Shown one piece after another: positions 53,017 through 62,327 of a stretch of DNA of 64,000 nucleotides; position 1 is the first letter of the stretch, and each line of letters opens with the position of its first letter. The DNA is from Thermoanaerobaculia bacterium (GTDB lineage Bacteria > Acidobacteriota > Thermoanaerobaculia > Gp7-AA8). Where the stretch lies: contig JADGNY010000007.1 in NCBI GenBank assembly GCA_017883235.1, positions 17,546 through 81,545 on the forward strand, written 5' to 3'. The notes beneath the pieces were generated by a model. It saw nothing but the letters and a program-made list of their open reading frames with translations. It was not told the DNA's origin and ran no database searches. The translations under genes and the position numbers were made by a program.

Positions 53017-53116
53017 CTGCATGCCGGGGAAACCTTTTCTGATATCATGATGTCATTATGGTGGCGCGCGCACCGCCTTTGCAAGAGCACACCCCCTGCC
53101 ACAGTGACATCGATCG

Positions 53117-54454
53117 ATGAAGGAGAGTGCGCGAATGTGTTCTTCCAATGCGGTTATTCGAAAAGGCCTGCTCCTCGCCGGCCTGTGGTTGTCCGCGGCC
53201 GGCACGCTGCTGGCTGCCACGCCCACGCAGTCGATTCCCCTCGCTTCCAGGGTTCCTCCCGCCATCGCCAATGCGGCGACTTCCACGCGATGGTTCTTCG
53301 CCGTGCCGGAGACGCGCGCCGCCGCCGACGCGACCGACGTGCGCCTGGTCATCACGGTCGACGGCGAGCTGTTCGCCGACGGCGCGTTCCATCTGAACCG
53401 TTCCGCGGCCGGCGCGGCGCTCGAGCTCTTCGTTGGCGATGACGCGCGGCAGCGGAGGCTCGCTGAGGCCGCGGCATCGTCGCGGCCGAGCGAAGTGCGG
53501 CTGTTCGCCGGCGACCACCTCGTGGCCTCGTCCACGCTGCAGGAGCTCGCCGCGCAGAGCCGCAAGCTGCAGGCGATGCACATCAATGCGACAATCCCGA
53601 TCAGCGGCAAGTACACGATGGGAGCCGACGCCGGTCTGCCCGACGCGCCGTCCGACGCGCGGCGCCTGCACGTGAAGGCGAACGATGCGTGCAGCGACGG
53701 CTGCGAGACCGAGCGTACCTGGTGTTATCAGAACAACCCCGATTGCGGCACGCAGATCATCTGCGACGTCTGTGAAGCGGAGTACAACAGTTGCACCAAC
53801 TACTGCGATTACGTCCGCGACTCCGACGGCGACGGCGTCCCCGACCGCAGCGACAACTGCCCGGCGACGTACAACCCCGGCCAGGCCGACTGCGACGGCG
53901 ACGGCGTCGGCGACGCCTGCGACTCGTTCAGCGGGACCGTCTCACAGTCCGGCTACATCACCGGCTGGGATCCGCCGTACTACTTCTTCGGCGAGGACTC
54001 GTGCCAGGACCCCTGGCATTACTGGCCGTACTCGCAGACCTTCCACTACGTGATCTACACGACGTACACGTATTGCAGCGGCGGGTCGACGACCTATGCG
54101 GAGTACGGCTCCGGAAGCACCTCTGGCAGAGACGTCTCCTACGATCCGGGCTGTCAACAGTGGTATCCGTTTGCGGTGAGTGGCGGCGATCAAGCGACAT
54201 CGGCGAAATCCGCGGCCGCGCCGCCGGACTTCTGGCAGGATCACCGGCTCGCCGTGGCAAACGGCCAAGTCTTCGTGACCGGGCCCGATGGCAATCACGT
54301 CGTCATTCCGTCGACCGGCAGCGTCCGCCTCGAACAGCGCGGCAACGATCTTTTCCTCATCACGCCGCAGGGACGCGTTCCCTTCAGTCTTCGGCCCACG
54401 ACGCTCTGGCTGAAGGGTCTTTCCGCGACCTCGCCCGGCGGCGCGCACAACTGA
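53117..54454 (+). CDS. Secreted Cys-rich protein with thrombospondin type-3-like calcium-binding repeats
   Basis: Signal-like N-terminus. Contains DSDGDGVPDRSDNCPATYNPGQADCDGDGVGDACD. Confidence 0.6.
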   Translation: MKESARMCSSNAVIRKGLLLAGLWLSAAGTLLAATPTQSIPLASRVPPAIANAATSTRWFFAVPETRAAADATDVRLVITVDGELFADGAFHLNRSAAGAALELFVGDDARQRRLAEAAASSRPSEVRLFAGDHLVASSTLQELAAQSRKLQAMHINATIPISGKYTMGADAGLPDAPSDARRLHVKANDACSDGCETERTWCYQNNPDCGTQIICDVCEAEYNSCTNYCDYVRDSDGDGVPDRSDNCPATYNPGQADCDGDGVGDACDSFSGTVSQSGYITGWDPPYYFFGEDSCQDPWHYWPYSQTFHYVIYTTYTYCSGGSTTYAEYGSGSTSGRDVSYDPGCQQWYPFAVSGGDQATSAKSAAAPPDFWQDHRLAVANGQVFVTGPDGNHVVIPSTGSVRLEQRGNDLFLITPQGRVPFSLRPTTLWLKGLSATSPGGAHN

Positions 54455-54560
54455 GCGTTCCCCGCATTCCCCGGAGCGCACGCCGCTCCGGGGATGCATG
54501 CACACCTTCACCGTCTCGTTTTTCGCCCGCAATCAGTGTGCGAACTGGATGGCCGGGTCG

Positions 54561-55382
54561 TCAGCTTCTTCCGCGCCGGAGCACCACGCACACGGCGCGA
54601 ATTGCCGCGCGCGCGATGCGCCGGCACAAGGGCGACCTTCTCGTCAGGCCCGCCAATCGAGGTCCAACGACGTTGTAAATGCGGATGAACAGCATCCCGG
54701 CTGCATGCGAGGCCAGCCGCTCATCGCGGAATCTCCGCAGAAGCTCGACCTCGGGTTGCATGGCCGAACCGAATGCCGCCGTCGCCACGAAGCAAGGGCC
54801 TTTCGTCGCCGGTGCCTGGGCATTTGCAGGCGTAGATTTGCCGGCCGCGCCCAACTCGGCGGCCTTCTCCGCGGGAATGGGCTGCTGCGCCTTCCGGAGC
54901 GTGGTGAATTGCCCGGGATCCCACTCCTTCTGGCACTTGGGGCAGCCGAATCCCTGTTCCGGTCCACGCTCGCCCTCCTTGATGAACAGTCTGATTTGCA
55001 ACTGTCCCTTCTCGCCCAGAACGAACTCACCGCAATGCGGGCAGAACCCGCGCGCAGGCCCCGTCATCGCCGGGCTCGGTAGTTTCTCCGCGGCTACGGC
55101 CTCGCCGGTCCTCAGGAACGGCCGGTAAGCCGGCATCAGCGTCCTCTGTTTGCATTGCGGACAAATCTCTCCCTGCATCTGGCAGCACGTTGGACAGAGG
55201 GCCTTCTTGCACGCGGTACAGAAGAAGCCCCGGTAGAGAAAGGGGTCTTTCTTGACCTCTTCGGGGACGGACCCAGAACCGATGTTGACCACGTTCTGGT
55301 ATTGCTGGGCGAGCTGGACACCCGGAGGAATGCCGATTTCCTCCAGTGTCTTGCCGCATTGGCCGCAGTTGTAGTCGGGCAT
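54561..55382 (-). CDS. Multi-zinc-ribbon protein with a C-terminal CFVATAAFGS...LRRFRD motif
   Basis: At least six CxxC pairs (CGQC, CTAC, CPTC/CPQC, CPHC, CPKC). Confidence 0.55.
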   Translation of the reverse strand: MPDYNCGQCGKTLEEIGIPPGVQLAQQYQNVVNIGSGSVPEEVKKDPFLYRGFFCTACKKALCPTCCQMQGEICPQCKQRTLMPAYRPFLRTGEAVAAEKLPSPAMTGPARGFCPHCGEFVLGEKGQLQIRLFIKEGERGPEQGFGCPKCQKEWDPGQFTTLRKAQQPIPAEKAAELGAAGKSTPANAQAPATKGPCFVATAAFGSAMQPEVELLRRFRDERLASHAAGMLFIRIYNVVGPRLAGLTRRSPLCRRIARAAIRAVCVVLRRGRS

Positions 55383-55572
55383 GAATCACCTCGCTGCGGC
55401 GCGTATACCACACGCGGGCCCGCCAGGATGTGAGTGCCCTCGCCCCGCCGTGTGTTGCGCCGCTCGGCGGTTCCTTTGCGCCGCGCAAACTGTCCGCGCC
55501 AGCAATAGAGCCATTCCGGCAGCCAGCAGCCTCACGACGGTATCCGAAGAATGATCCGCTAAAACCAACTTC

Positions 55573-55629
55573 ACCACAGAGGCACAGAGAACACAGAGTT
55601 TTTCTCTGTGTCCTCTGTGTCTCTGTGGT
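55573..55629. repeat. CACAGAG-type hairpin repeat
   Basis: ACCACAGAGGCACAGAGAACACAGAG-TTTTT-CTCTGTGTCCTCTGTGTCTCTGTGGT. The flanking motif TGGTTCAAAAG recurs at about 58207. Confidence 0.75.
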
Positions 55630-55710
55630 TCAAAAGCTTTTCGGCGCAATCCAGCCGAGAATCCTGAATGTGCCGCTCATAGATGAGGACATTCGTGTCA
55701 AACGCGATCA
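55630..55710 (-). pseudogene. PIN-domain (VapC-like) N-terminal fragment
   Basis: MIAFDTNVLIYERHIQDSRLDCAEKLL, then runs straight into the hairpin repeat. Confidence 0.45.
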
Positions 55711-55786
55711 TGAAGTTCCTCTCGGCTGGGAAGCGGTCCCTCCGAGAAGAAACGCATGCTGGCGATCCCTGCAGGAGAATCATGCC

Positions 55787-55878
55787 ATGACCGACGCCGC
55801 CACGCACATCCGCCGCCTCTTCCTCGAACCGAAGGAGACCTACTCCGTCCGCGACGCCGCCGAGATCCTCTGCATGCC
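55787..55878 (+). pseudogene. HTH protein gene, 5' piece (interrupted)
   Basis: MTDAATHIRRLFLEPKETYSVRDAAEILCMP with AGGAG upstream. Continuity resumes at 57770. Confidence 0.55.
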
Positions 55879-55998
55879 GCCTACGGGACCGCAAAATCAG
55901 AAGGCACAAACCGCCCTTTCTGGTTTCTGGTTTCTGGTTTCTTCGTTTTCCTCTCCGGTGGAGCGCCCGCTCCTGTCGCGGGCACTCCTTGACTTCCC

Positions 55999-56370
55999 CT
56001 ACGCCGCGGGCGGCAGGCGGCGGCGCAGCGCGAGATTCCCCAACCCGCCGGCGGCGCCGGCGATGAGCGCGGCGGTCACGATGAGAGGCGTTGAGAGCCA
56101 CTGGAGACCGAGCACCGCGTCGAGCGAAAAGCGGCCGGGGCCGGTGAGGGCGAAGGTGATGGCAGCCGTGGCGTACAGCAGCGGCAGCTCGATCCCGTTC
56201 GACGTGGCGAAGAGGCCGTTCTTCCAGTGCACCGTCACGGCGGCCACCACCATCACCGACAGCATGAGCGCGGGCCCGATCGGCCCGAGAAAACCGAGGG
56301 CGACCAGGAGCCCGCTGACGACCTGAGTAGTCACTTCTTTTAAGTTAGCCGCTAGAATCGCGATCGTCAC
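55999..56370 (-). CDS. DoxX-family membrane protein
   Basis: 123 aa. Has VHWKNGLF...GIELPLLY motifs. Divergent from an HxlR-type gene, a common pairing. Confidence 0.75.
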   Translation of the reverse strand: MTIAILAANLKEVTTQVVSGLLVALGFLGPIGPALMLSVMVVAAVTVHWKNGLFATSNGIELPLLYATAAITFALTGPGRFSLDAVLGLQWLSTPLIVTAALIAGAAGGLGNLALRRRLPPAA

Positions 56371-56381
56371 ATGGAAAGTCC

Positions 56382-56551
56382 ATGGTTGATTGCGCGTTCT
56401 GGCCGGTGATGAAGAAGGCCGCTCACGAGACGCCCGAGCTCTGCAACGCCTTCCACGCCGCCATCGAGCTGATCGGGCGGCGCTGGACCGGAGCCATCAT
56501 CTTTCTCCTGCTCCGCTCGCGCTGCCGCTACGCCACGCTACGCGACGCCTT
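56382..56551 (+). pseudogene. HxlR-type transcriptional regulator, truncated after about 55 codons
   Basis: CNAFHAAIELIGRRWTGAIIFLLLRSRCRYATLRDA parallels the intact HxlR at 62900-63382 and then loses similarity. Confidence 0.6.
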
Positions 56552-57529
56552 TCGATCCTTCTGGTGGCCGGATCAGTGGTCGCGCAGACATACGCGATTA
56601 CAGACCTTGGCACATTGGGCGGCCCCTTCGGCCAGGCCAACGGCATTGGAAGCATGGGACAAATCGTCGGCTACAGTCAAAACGCGAGCAACAGCTATCA
56701 CGTCTTTCTCTACAGCGGCGGCGCCATGCACGACCTTGGCGCGTTCGGCGGCACACAGAGCACCGCGGAAGCGATGAACGGATCGTCGCAAATTACGGGA
56801 TATTTCTATAGCAATGGCTACAGAGCATTCTTGTGGACCAACGGCACCGTGACCGACCTCGGCAATCTCGGCTCCGGTTACGCCGTGGCGTGGGCCATCA
56901 ACAATGCCGGACAGGTGGTCGGCGACTCGAAGACCTCGAAGGCCACAAATTACAAAGACCACGCATTTCTTTATAGCCATGGAGCGATGCGTGATCTCGG
57001 AACCCTCGGCGGCGACGACAGCAGCGCGCACGGCATCAACGTCAGCGGCCAGATCACCGGCTACGCCTACGACGCCAAAGACAACTTTCTCGCCTTCCTC
57101 TGGCAGAACGGCACGATGACCAGCATCGGCACGCTCGGCGGCGACTGGAGCAAGGGACTGGCCATCAATGCCAACGGCCAGATCGTCGGCCAGGCGTACA
57201 CACCCGGCAACGCCGGTGCTCACGCATTTCTCTACAGCGCCGGGCGGATGACCGACCTCGAAGGCTTGGGCAACCCGTACAGCTCCGCGATGGCCATCAA
57301 CTCGTCCGGCACGCAGATCGTCGGCAACTCCGGCAACAGCGCGTTTCTCTACACGAACGGGCAGATGTTGAACCTGAACCTGCTCATCCCGCCGGGGACG
57401 GGATGGAGTCTCTACGCCGCAACGGCGGTCGACGACACGGGCCTGATCGCCGGCTACGGGATTTTGAACGGACACTCGCGTGCGTTTCTGCTCACGCCGG
57501 TCCCGCCGCCGCGCCCCCCGAAGAAGTAA
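56552..57529 (+). pseudogene. HAF-family extracellular repeat protein lacking its 5' end and start codon
   Basis: Repeats of the type G.A.GIN..GQIVG....HAFLY..G.M.DLGTLGG. Only a partial signal peptide (ILLVAGSVVAQT) and no start codon. Confidence 0.6.
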
Positions 57530-57769
57530 CGTTCCGTGCCGCGTCCCGCATACTGCGCGCGCATGTCGCGCGTCCAGCTCGGCGTCGACCGTGGCCGTCA
57601 TCTCATCGTCACCGTCGTCCGCATCGCGGCGACTAGCGCATCATCAGCCACATCTCCTCTGCTGCGAGCAAAATGATCTTCGCCCGCAAAACTAACCGAG
57701 CCGGAGTTCTGCGACCGGCCGCACACTTCTCGAGGTATCGGCCTGGATGCGGCGAAACTCGTGCATGCC

Positions 57770-58158
57770 CATGCCGGACATCCTCGCATGGATGGAAGTC
57801 GGTGAGCTGGAAGGCGCGGACACCCCTTAGGGCGTGAAGCTGTCGTGGGGAGAGATGGCCCCTCCTTCGGCATGGACTTCTGGCCGCAGGAAGCGCCTAT
57901 GAAAGCGATGGCTGCCGCCCTCGGCGCCGCCCTCGGCGCCGACCTCGCCGACGCCATCCCGAGCTCCTCCGCCTCGCCGGCCTGGAAGTGCGCATCCCCC
58001 GCCTCGAGATCCTGGCCCTGGAACGCCTCGCCGAACGCGACGGCAAGTCGGTCGACGCCGTCCTCGCGCGCGAGCTGCTGGATGTCGTCTCCGCGCACTC
58101 GGAGTACCTGGCCACGGCGATACCGGGCTTCACCGCCGCACTTCGGTGGCCACAATAG
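57770..58158 (+). pseudogene. HTH protein gene, 3' pieces (frameshifted)
   Basis: …PMPDILAWMEVGELEGADTP* (stop at 57828), then in other frames MDFWPQEA…ADLADAIP and ELLRLAGLEVRIPRLEILALERLAERDGKSVDAVLARELLDVVSAHSEYLATAIPGFTAALRWPQ*. Confidence 0.5.
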
Positions 58159-58225
58159 GACGCACTCCGTGTGCGAAACGAAGGTCCGACCCTTCGTTTC
58201 GACTCGTGGTTCAAAAGACCTTCGG

Positions 58226-59062
58226 TTAATACCGCGCGTTTGTCGGAATCCCGATTCCCACCTCGGGCGCAAGACCGGGAATGACATTCAGCTCCCCGCT
58301 CAGAGAGGTCGCAAACGTCATGCTTGGTTCGTCGACCGTGATCACCGTATAGCGCATCCATCTGAATGTGGTCGCGTCGGATCCACAGGTGTCCGCCCCC
58401 TTCTGGAATCCCGCGAATTGTACGAGCGTATCTGGTGGTACCTGAACGTCGCGCGCATCGACGAGACTGCTGTCACAGGAACGCCTGACCTCGATATGGG
58501 CGTTTGCGATCACGTCACTCTGATTGTAAATTCCGACGTTGATGCGCGCATCTTTCGAGCCGATATCTGTTCCTAGATGAACCTGAGGCTGATTGGCTGG
58601 CACCGCCGCGCGGAACACCGGCAGCGACACCTTCCCAAGCGACAACGGCGGAAACGGCAAAATGCAGGCACTCCCCTGAAACATCTCATTGCGGCTTTCG
58701 ATGATCACACCCTCGGGTACGTCAAGGTGCATGATCCACAGGCCGGGCGCCCGATCGTTTGTCGGCAACCATGCGGAACCCAGGACATCCGCTAATACGA
58801 CATGGCCGGGCGGAATGTCGATCCTGTCAGGACTCGTGCTGAACGGCGTGCCGTTGCTGATCCCAAGCACCCGGACAGTGACCGTGGAATCCGTCGTATT
58901 GTAAAACGTCAGATTATCGTGCCATGTAAGCGTGTTACACACGCCTACGCGCGGACCGGACGCGTTGAACCGGATAACATGCGCCGGCGCCGCGTAAAGT
59001 GTACAGGCCAGCAACAGAGCCATTCCAGCAGCCAGCAGCCTCACGGTCGATGCGGGTTTCAT
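58226..59062 (-). CDS. Hypothetical secreted protein
   Basis: Signal peptide MKPASTVRLLAAGMALLLACTLYAAPA. 278 aa. No recognisable family. Confidence 0.55.
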   Translation of the reverse strand: MKPASTVRLLAAGMALLLACTLYAAPAHVIRFNASGPRVGVCNTLTWHDNLTFYNTTDSTVTVRVLGISNGTPFSTSPDRIDIPPGHVVLADVLGSAWLPTNDRAPGLWIMHLDVPEGVIIESRNEMFQGSACILPFPPLSLGKVSLPVFRAAVPANQPQVHLGTDIGSKDARINVGIYNQSDVIANAHIEVRRSCDSSLVDARDVQVPPDTLVQFAGFQKGADTCGSDATTFRWMRYTVITVDEPSMTFATSLSGELNVIPGLAPEVGIGIPTNARY

Positions 59063-59143
59063 CTTCGATCACCCCGGATCATTCTCGCGCAAGTTTCTGT
59101 CTCAGAGACCTCTACAGGTCACGTTCGGCGACTGGCAGCATTG

Positions 59144-60121
59144 CTACCTGAAGCCACCACCGGTCACGAGCACCAGTCCGAGATCAACCGACTCGTCATC
59201 ACTCCGAACGGAAAAGGCGAGAGGTGCTGGATTCGAGGCTGGATCGGTCTTGTCGGCGACGAAGATGGCTGATTGCGAGCAGAGGTTGTAGGTGCCCTTT
59301 TTCACGCCCGCCAGCGAAAAGCGGCCGAGTGCGTCCGTCACAGTCTCGATGGCCAGACCATCGTATTTGATCGTCATGGTGATCGAATTGCCCTGGATGG
59401 TGACGGAACAGGGAAAGAGATGAACACCAGCAAGCGGTTGGCGCGTATCGTTCCTTGCCAGGAGGCCCGCAACCCGGCTGCCATCTTTGGCGCCCGACGG
59501 CGGGGCGAGCGGCGCCGAGGCCAGCGCATGCAGACGCTCGGTGCGAGCTCCGGCGTCAGTCAGCTTGCTGAGTGCGTCCGCTTCGGCACGGGACCATCTC
59601 GCGGCAGCAACGGTTCTCACGGCCTCTATGGGATGACCGGCCGCGATCTCCAGCAGTTCTGCCCTCTGGAGAGTCTCTCCAACAATTTGCAGCGCCGCAG
59701 AGGTGCGCACGTTGGCGTTGCTATCGTTCTTGGCGATGTCGGCGAGCACGGTGTGGTCGGTCACCCGCGTCGCCGCCACGGACCGAACATTAGGGTTGGT
59801 GCTGTTCTTGGCGATGTCGGCGAGGATGGCCTGGTCGGTGAGGCGCCTTACCGCTGTGACTTGCACGTTGTTTTCGTTGTCGGTCCTGGCGATGTCGGCG
59901 AGGACGGCTTGGTCGGTGAGGTACTCCGTCGCCTGGTACCGTGCCCTCCAATCCTTGTTGGTCCTCGCCGTTTCCGTGAGCTTCGCGCAGGAATCGGCCT
60001 GGCCCGCTTTGCATTCCGCGGCCCACCTCTGGGCGTTCTTGGCGTCGTTGCCAGCGAGTACTGGCGATGTCGTGACCAGAACGAGAACGATGGCGCGTTT
60101 GAAGGAACTCACTATTCGCAT
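59144..60121 (-). CDS. HEAT-like repeat protein with a C-terminal carboxypeptidase-regulatory-like beta-sandwich
   Basis: Signal peptide. Repeats VQVTAVRRLTDQAILADIAKN / VRSVAATRVTDHTVLADIAKN. C-terminal ...TDALGRFSLAGVKKGTYNL. Confidence 0.6.
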   Translation of the reverse strand: MRIVSSFKRAIVLVLVTTSPVLAGNDAKNAQRWAAECKAGQADSCAKLTETARTNKDWRARYQATEYLTDQAVLADIARTDNENNVQVTAVRRLTDQAILADIAKNSTNPNVRSVAATRVTDHTVLADIAKNDSNANVRTSAALQIVGETLQRAELLEIAAGHPIEAVRTVAAARWSRAEADALSKLTDAGARTERLHALASAPLAPPSGAKDGSRVAGLLARNDTRQPLAGVHLFPCSVTIQGNSITMTIKYDGLAIETVTDALGRFSLAGVKKGTYNLCSQSAIFVADKTDPASNPAPLAFSVRSDDESVDLGLVLVTGGGFR

Positions 60122-60255
60122 CGTGCACCTCGCCTATATCTTAGACCGCTTGATTCAAGAAGGGAGACGGAAATGAGAAGCGCGTGAATCCCCACTCCCA
60201 TCGAACACTGATCAGGCCGTAGCCATGCTCGCTGACCTCGTACCCGGCTCGCTTC

Positions 60256-60810
60256 TCAGCGGCCCCCATCTGCCGGAGCGCTCGCGGCATCTTTGTTGCC
60301 GAGTGCCTTGATCTTTTCTTGCTGCTCCTTGGTCATCAACAGGCCGCCAACGTTCACGCCGGAGCCGTCGATGACCGTCCTATCGCTCTGCCCTGACGGA
60401 GAGAGTTCAACCCGTAGCGTCCCGAAGTCCCGCGTCACCAGATCAATCGTCACAGGACCAGTGAGGACGGTCTCGCTGACGCCCGCGAGCGCGATGTCGT
60501 GCCCGTTGATCATAAGGCCTGTGATCATCTTCGATTCTGACATTTGCCCGCCGTTGTTGATGAAACTCCGAGCGATCTTCAGTTTGTACTTGAAGTCGAC
60601 GGGCTCGACTCGATCGTACACGACGGCTGGGGAGGGGGTGGCGGAAGAGGTGGCCGTGACGCCCGCGGCTTGTGGGCCGGATCTCGACTCACAGCCCAAC
60701 GAAAGCGCGCAGAGGGTAGCAATCCCCAGCAAGAGCAGCGCGAAAGACGCGTTGGCGATGTTGTCGAGGATAATCTTGGCAGTGACGTTCTTGAGCATGT
60801 TCAACTCCAC
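60256..60810 (-). CDS. Hypothetical lipoprotein
   Basis: LLLLGIATLCALSLGC lipobox-like N-terminus. 184 aa. Confidence 0.45.
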   Translation of the reverse strand: MELNMLKNVTAKIILDNIANASFALLLLGIATLCALSLGCESRSGPQAAGVTATSSATPSPAVVYDRVEPVDFKYKLKIARSFINNGGQMSESKMITGLMINGHDIALAGVSETVLTGPVTIDLVTRDFGTLRVELSPSGQSDRTVIDGSGVNVGGLLMTKEQQEKIKALGNKDAASAPADGGR

Positions 60811-61008
60811 CTGTTCTCGTAACCGACGGTCTGCAAGCAGAATCTACGTGCACCCTGCGTGCGCCAGGTGCGGCCGAGCGCCTGGCCGACCTCGGCACGA
60901 CGCTCCGCCGCCGAACGGACCTGCCGTTCACCCGCACGAACCGCGACGGGCTGAAGTATAGCCCCGCGATGCAGCAACGCAGCGGTTCGTGTCGGGTGCA
61001 ACCGCAAG

Positions 61009-61404
61009 TTATGCGGCGGGTAGGCGCTCGCGCTTTGTCACGATCAACGCAGCAAGTCCGAAGAGACCTGCCGCAGCCGCTATCTGCGGAACAGCCAGGC
61101 CACAATTCAAGGCCAGTACCAACGCCAAGGTGATTCCTCCGAGGGCGCCGCAGACGAAGCGCGACCGCCTCGTGCGATACCGACTCTGGATAAAGGCCAA
61201 GCCAAAGAAGAGAGGTAGGAGCAAGAAATCCAAAAGAGCACCGAAAAACAGAGCCGATGGAAGCGATGGGTGATACCCCTGACCGAGTGGAACGGCCAGA
61301 TTCTGCACTGTGAACCCGAACGCGCAGGGGAGAATCGCCGCGAGCTCACGTACAACATCGGGTCGCTGTGTCGATTCGCGCTCGGGCATGCTTGCCGTTG
61401 TCAA
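61009..61404 (-). CDS. Hypothetical membrane protein
   Basis: 131 aa with 3-4 hydrophobic segments. G+C looks lower by eye. Confidence 0.4.
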   Translation of the reverse strand: MTTASMPERESTQRPDVVRELAAILPCAFGFTVQNLAVPLGQGYHPSLPSALFFGALLDFLLLPLFFGLAFIQSRYRTRRSRFVCGALGGITLALVLALNCGLAVPQIAAAAGLFGLAALIVTKRERLPAA

Positions 61405-61531
61405 CTGGTCCTATGGAGCCGCCGCATAACAGATCCAGCTTCAGCCGCGCGGACCCGCACGCCGAATTGTAACGTACTCGGAACTCAGCAGGTTGCGGGT
61501 TCGCGTCGGCTGCAAGCGCAAGTTGGGCCTT

Positions 61532-62059
61532 TTACGAGATGTTGGGACGTCGACCACGCAATTGCCGATCGAGGAACCGAATCAACTCAAACGAAATGGC
61601 GCAGAGAATAGACGCTTCGAGGAGCCAGATGCCATCCGGCATTCCCAACCTGTCTCGAAGGTGCGCGTGAAGAGGGTCGAGTACAAACCAGTACGGGAAG
61701 CCAACGACTGCTGAGAGTCTAGGCGCCGATGTGGGCTCCTCGTCTCGGTGCAAGACTCGCGACAATGCTCCGTAGGAAGCCATGATCCCGAGGAAAAGAC
61801 AACCGAAGAGCGCGAGTCCGACCGCCGCACCCTCCCAACCCAAATCTCCCACCACACCATTGTGACGATGCGCATACCAGGCGGCGGCTGCGAGACCGCC
61901 GAGATATCCAGCAGCGACGTAGATCACAGCAGACTGTATCTTCATTAAGGCCCAACTTGTTATTGAGCCCTGCCCCCACTTCCCGGCGAAAACCCCGCCG
62001 TGACGGATATCGGGCGAATGGGCTCGTGACAGACCGGATCGTAACACGCTCCACTCCAA
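61532..62059 (-). CDS. Hypothetical membrane protein
   Basis: 175 aa with several hydrophobic segments. Confidence 0.4.
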   Translation of the reverse strand: MEWSVLRSGLSRAHSPDIRHGGVFAGKWGQGSITSWALMKIQSAVIYVAAGYLGGLAAAAWYAHRHNGVVGDLGWEGAAVGLALFGCLFLGIMASYGALSRVLHRDEEPTSAPRLSAVVGFPYWFVLDPLHAHLRDRLGMPDGIWLLEASILCAISFELIRFLDRQLRGRRPNIS

Positions 62060-62135
62060 CGGGTTGGCTCATTCCGGTTGCGGGCATGGGGTGGTTATCC
62101 GTCGGGCGTGACGGCGAAGCATCCTCCGAGCGGCC

Positions 62136-62327
62136 GAGGGCATCGAGTGGGCTTCTTACCCCAGACGCGCCCAGACCGAGGACGTGCGTGTAAATCATGG
62201 TCGTCTTGACGTCGGAGTGCCCCATGAGCTCCTGCACGGTCCGAATGTCGTGACCCGACGCCAGAAGGTGTGTCGCAAAAGAGTGTCGTGGGAATTGATG
62301 TGGGGTCACCCCTGTGTTCGCTGTCAT
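62136..62327 (-). pseudogene. Tyrosine recombinase C-terminal fragment, integron-integrase/Xer-like
   Basis: [58 protein letters not shown]. The N-terminal two-thirds are absent, and the frame reads on aberrantly after the domain. Confidence 0.7.
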
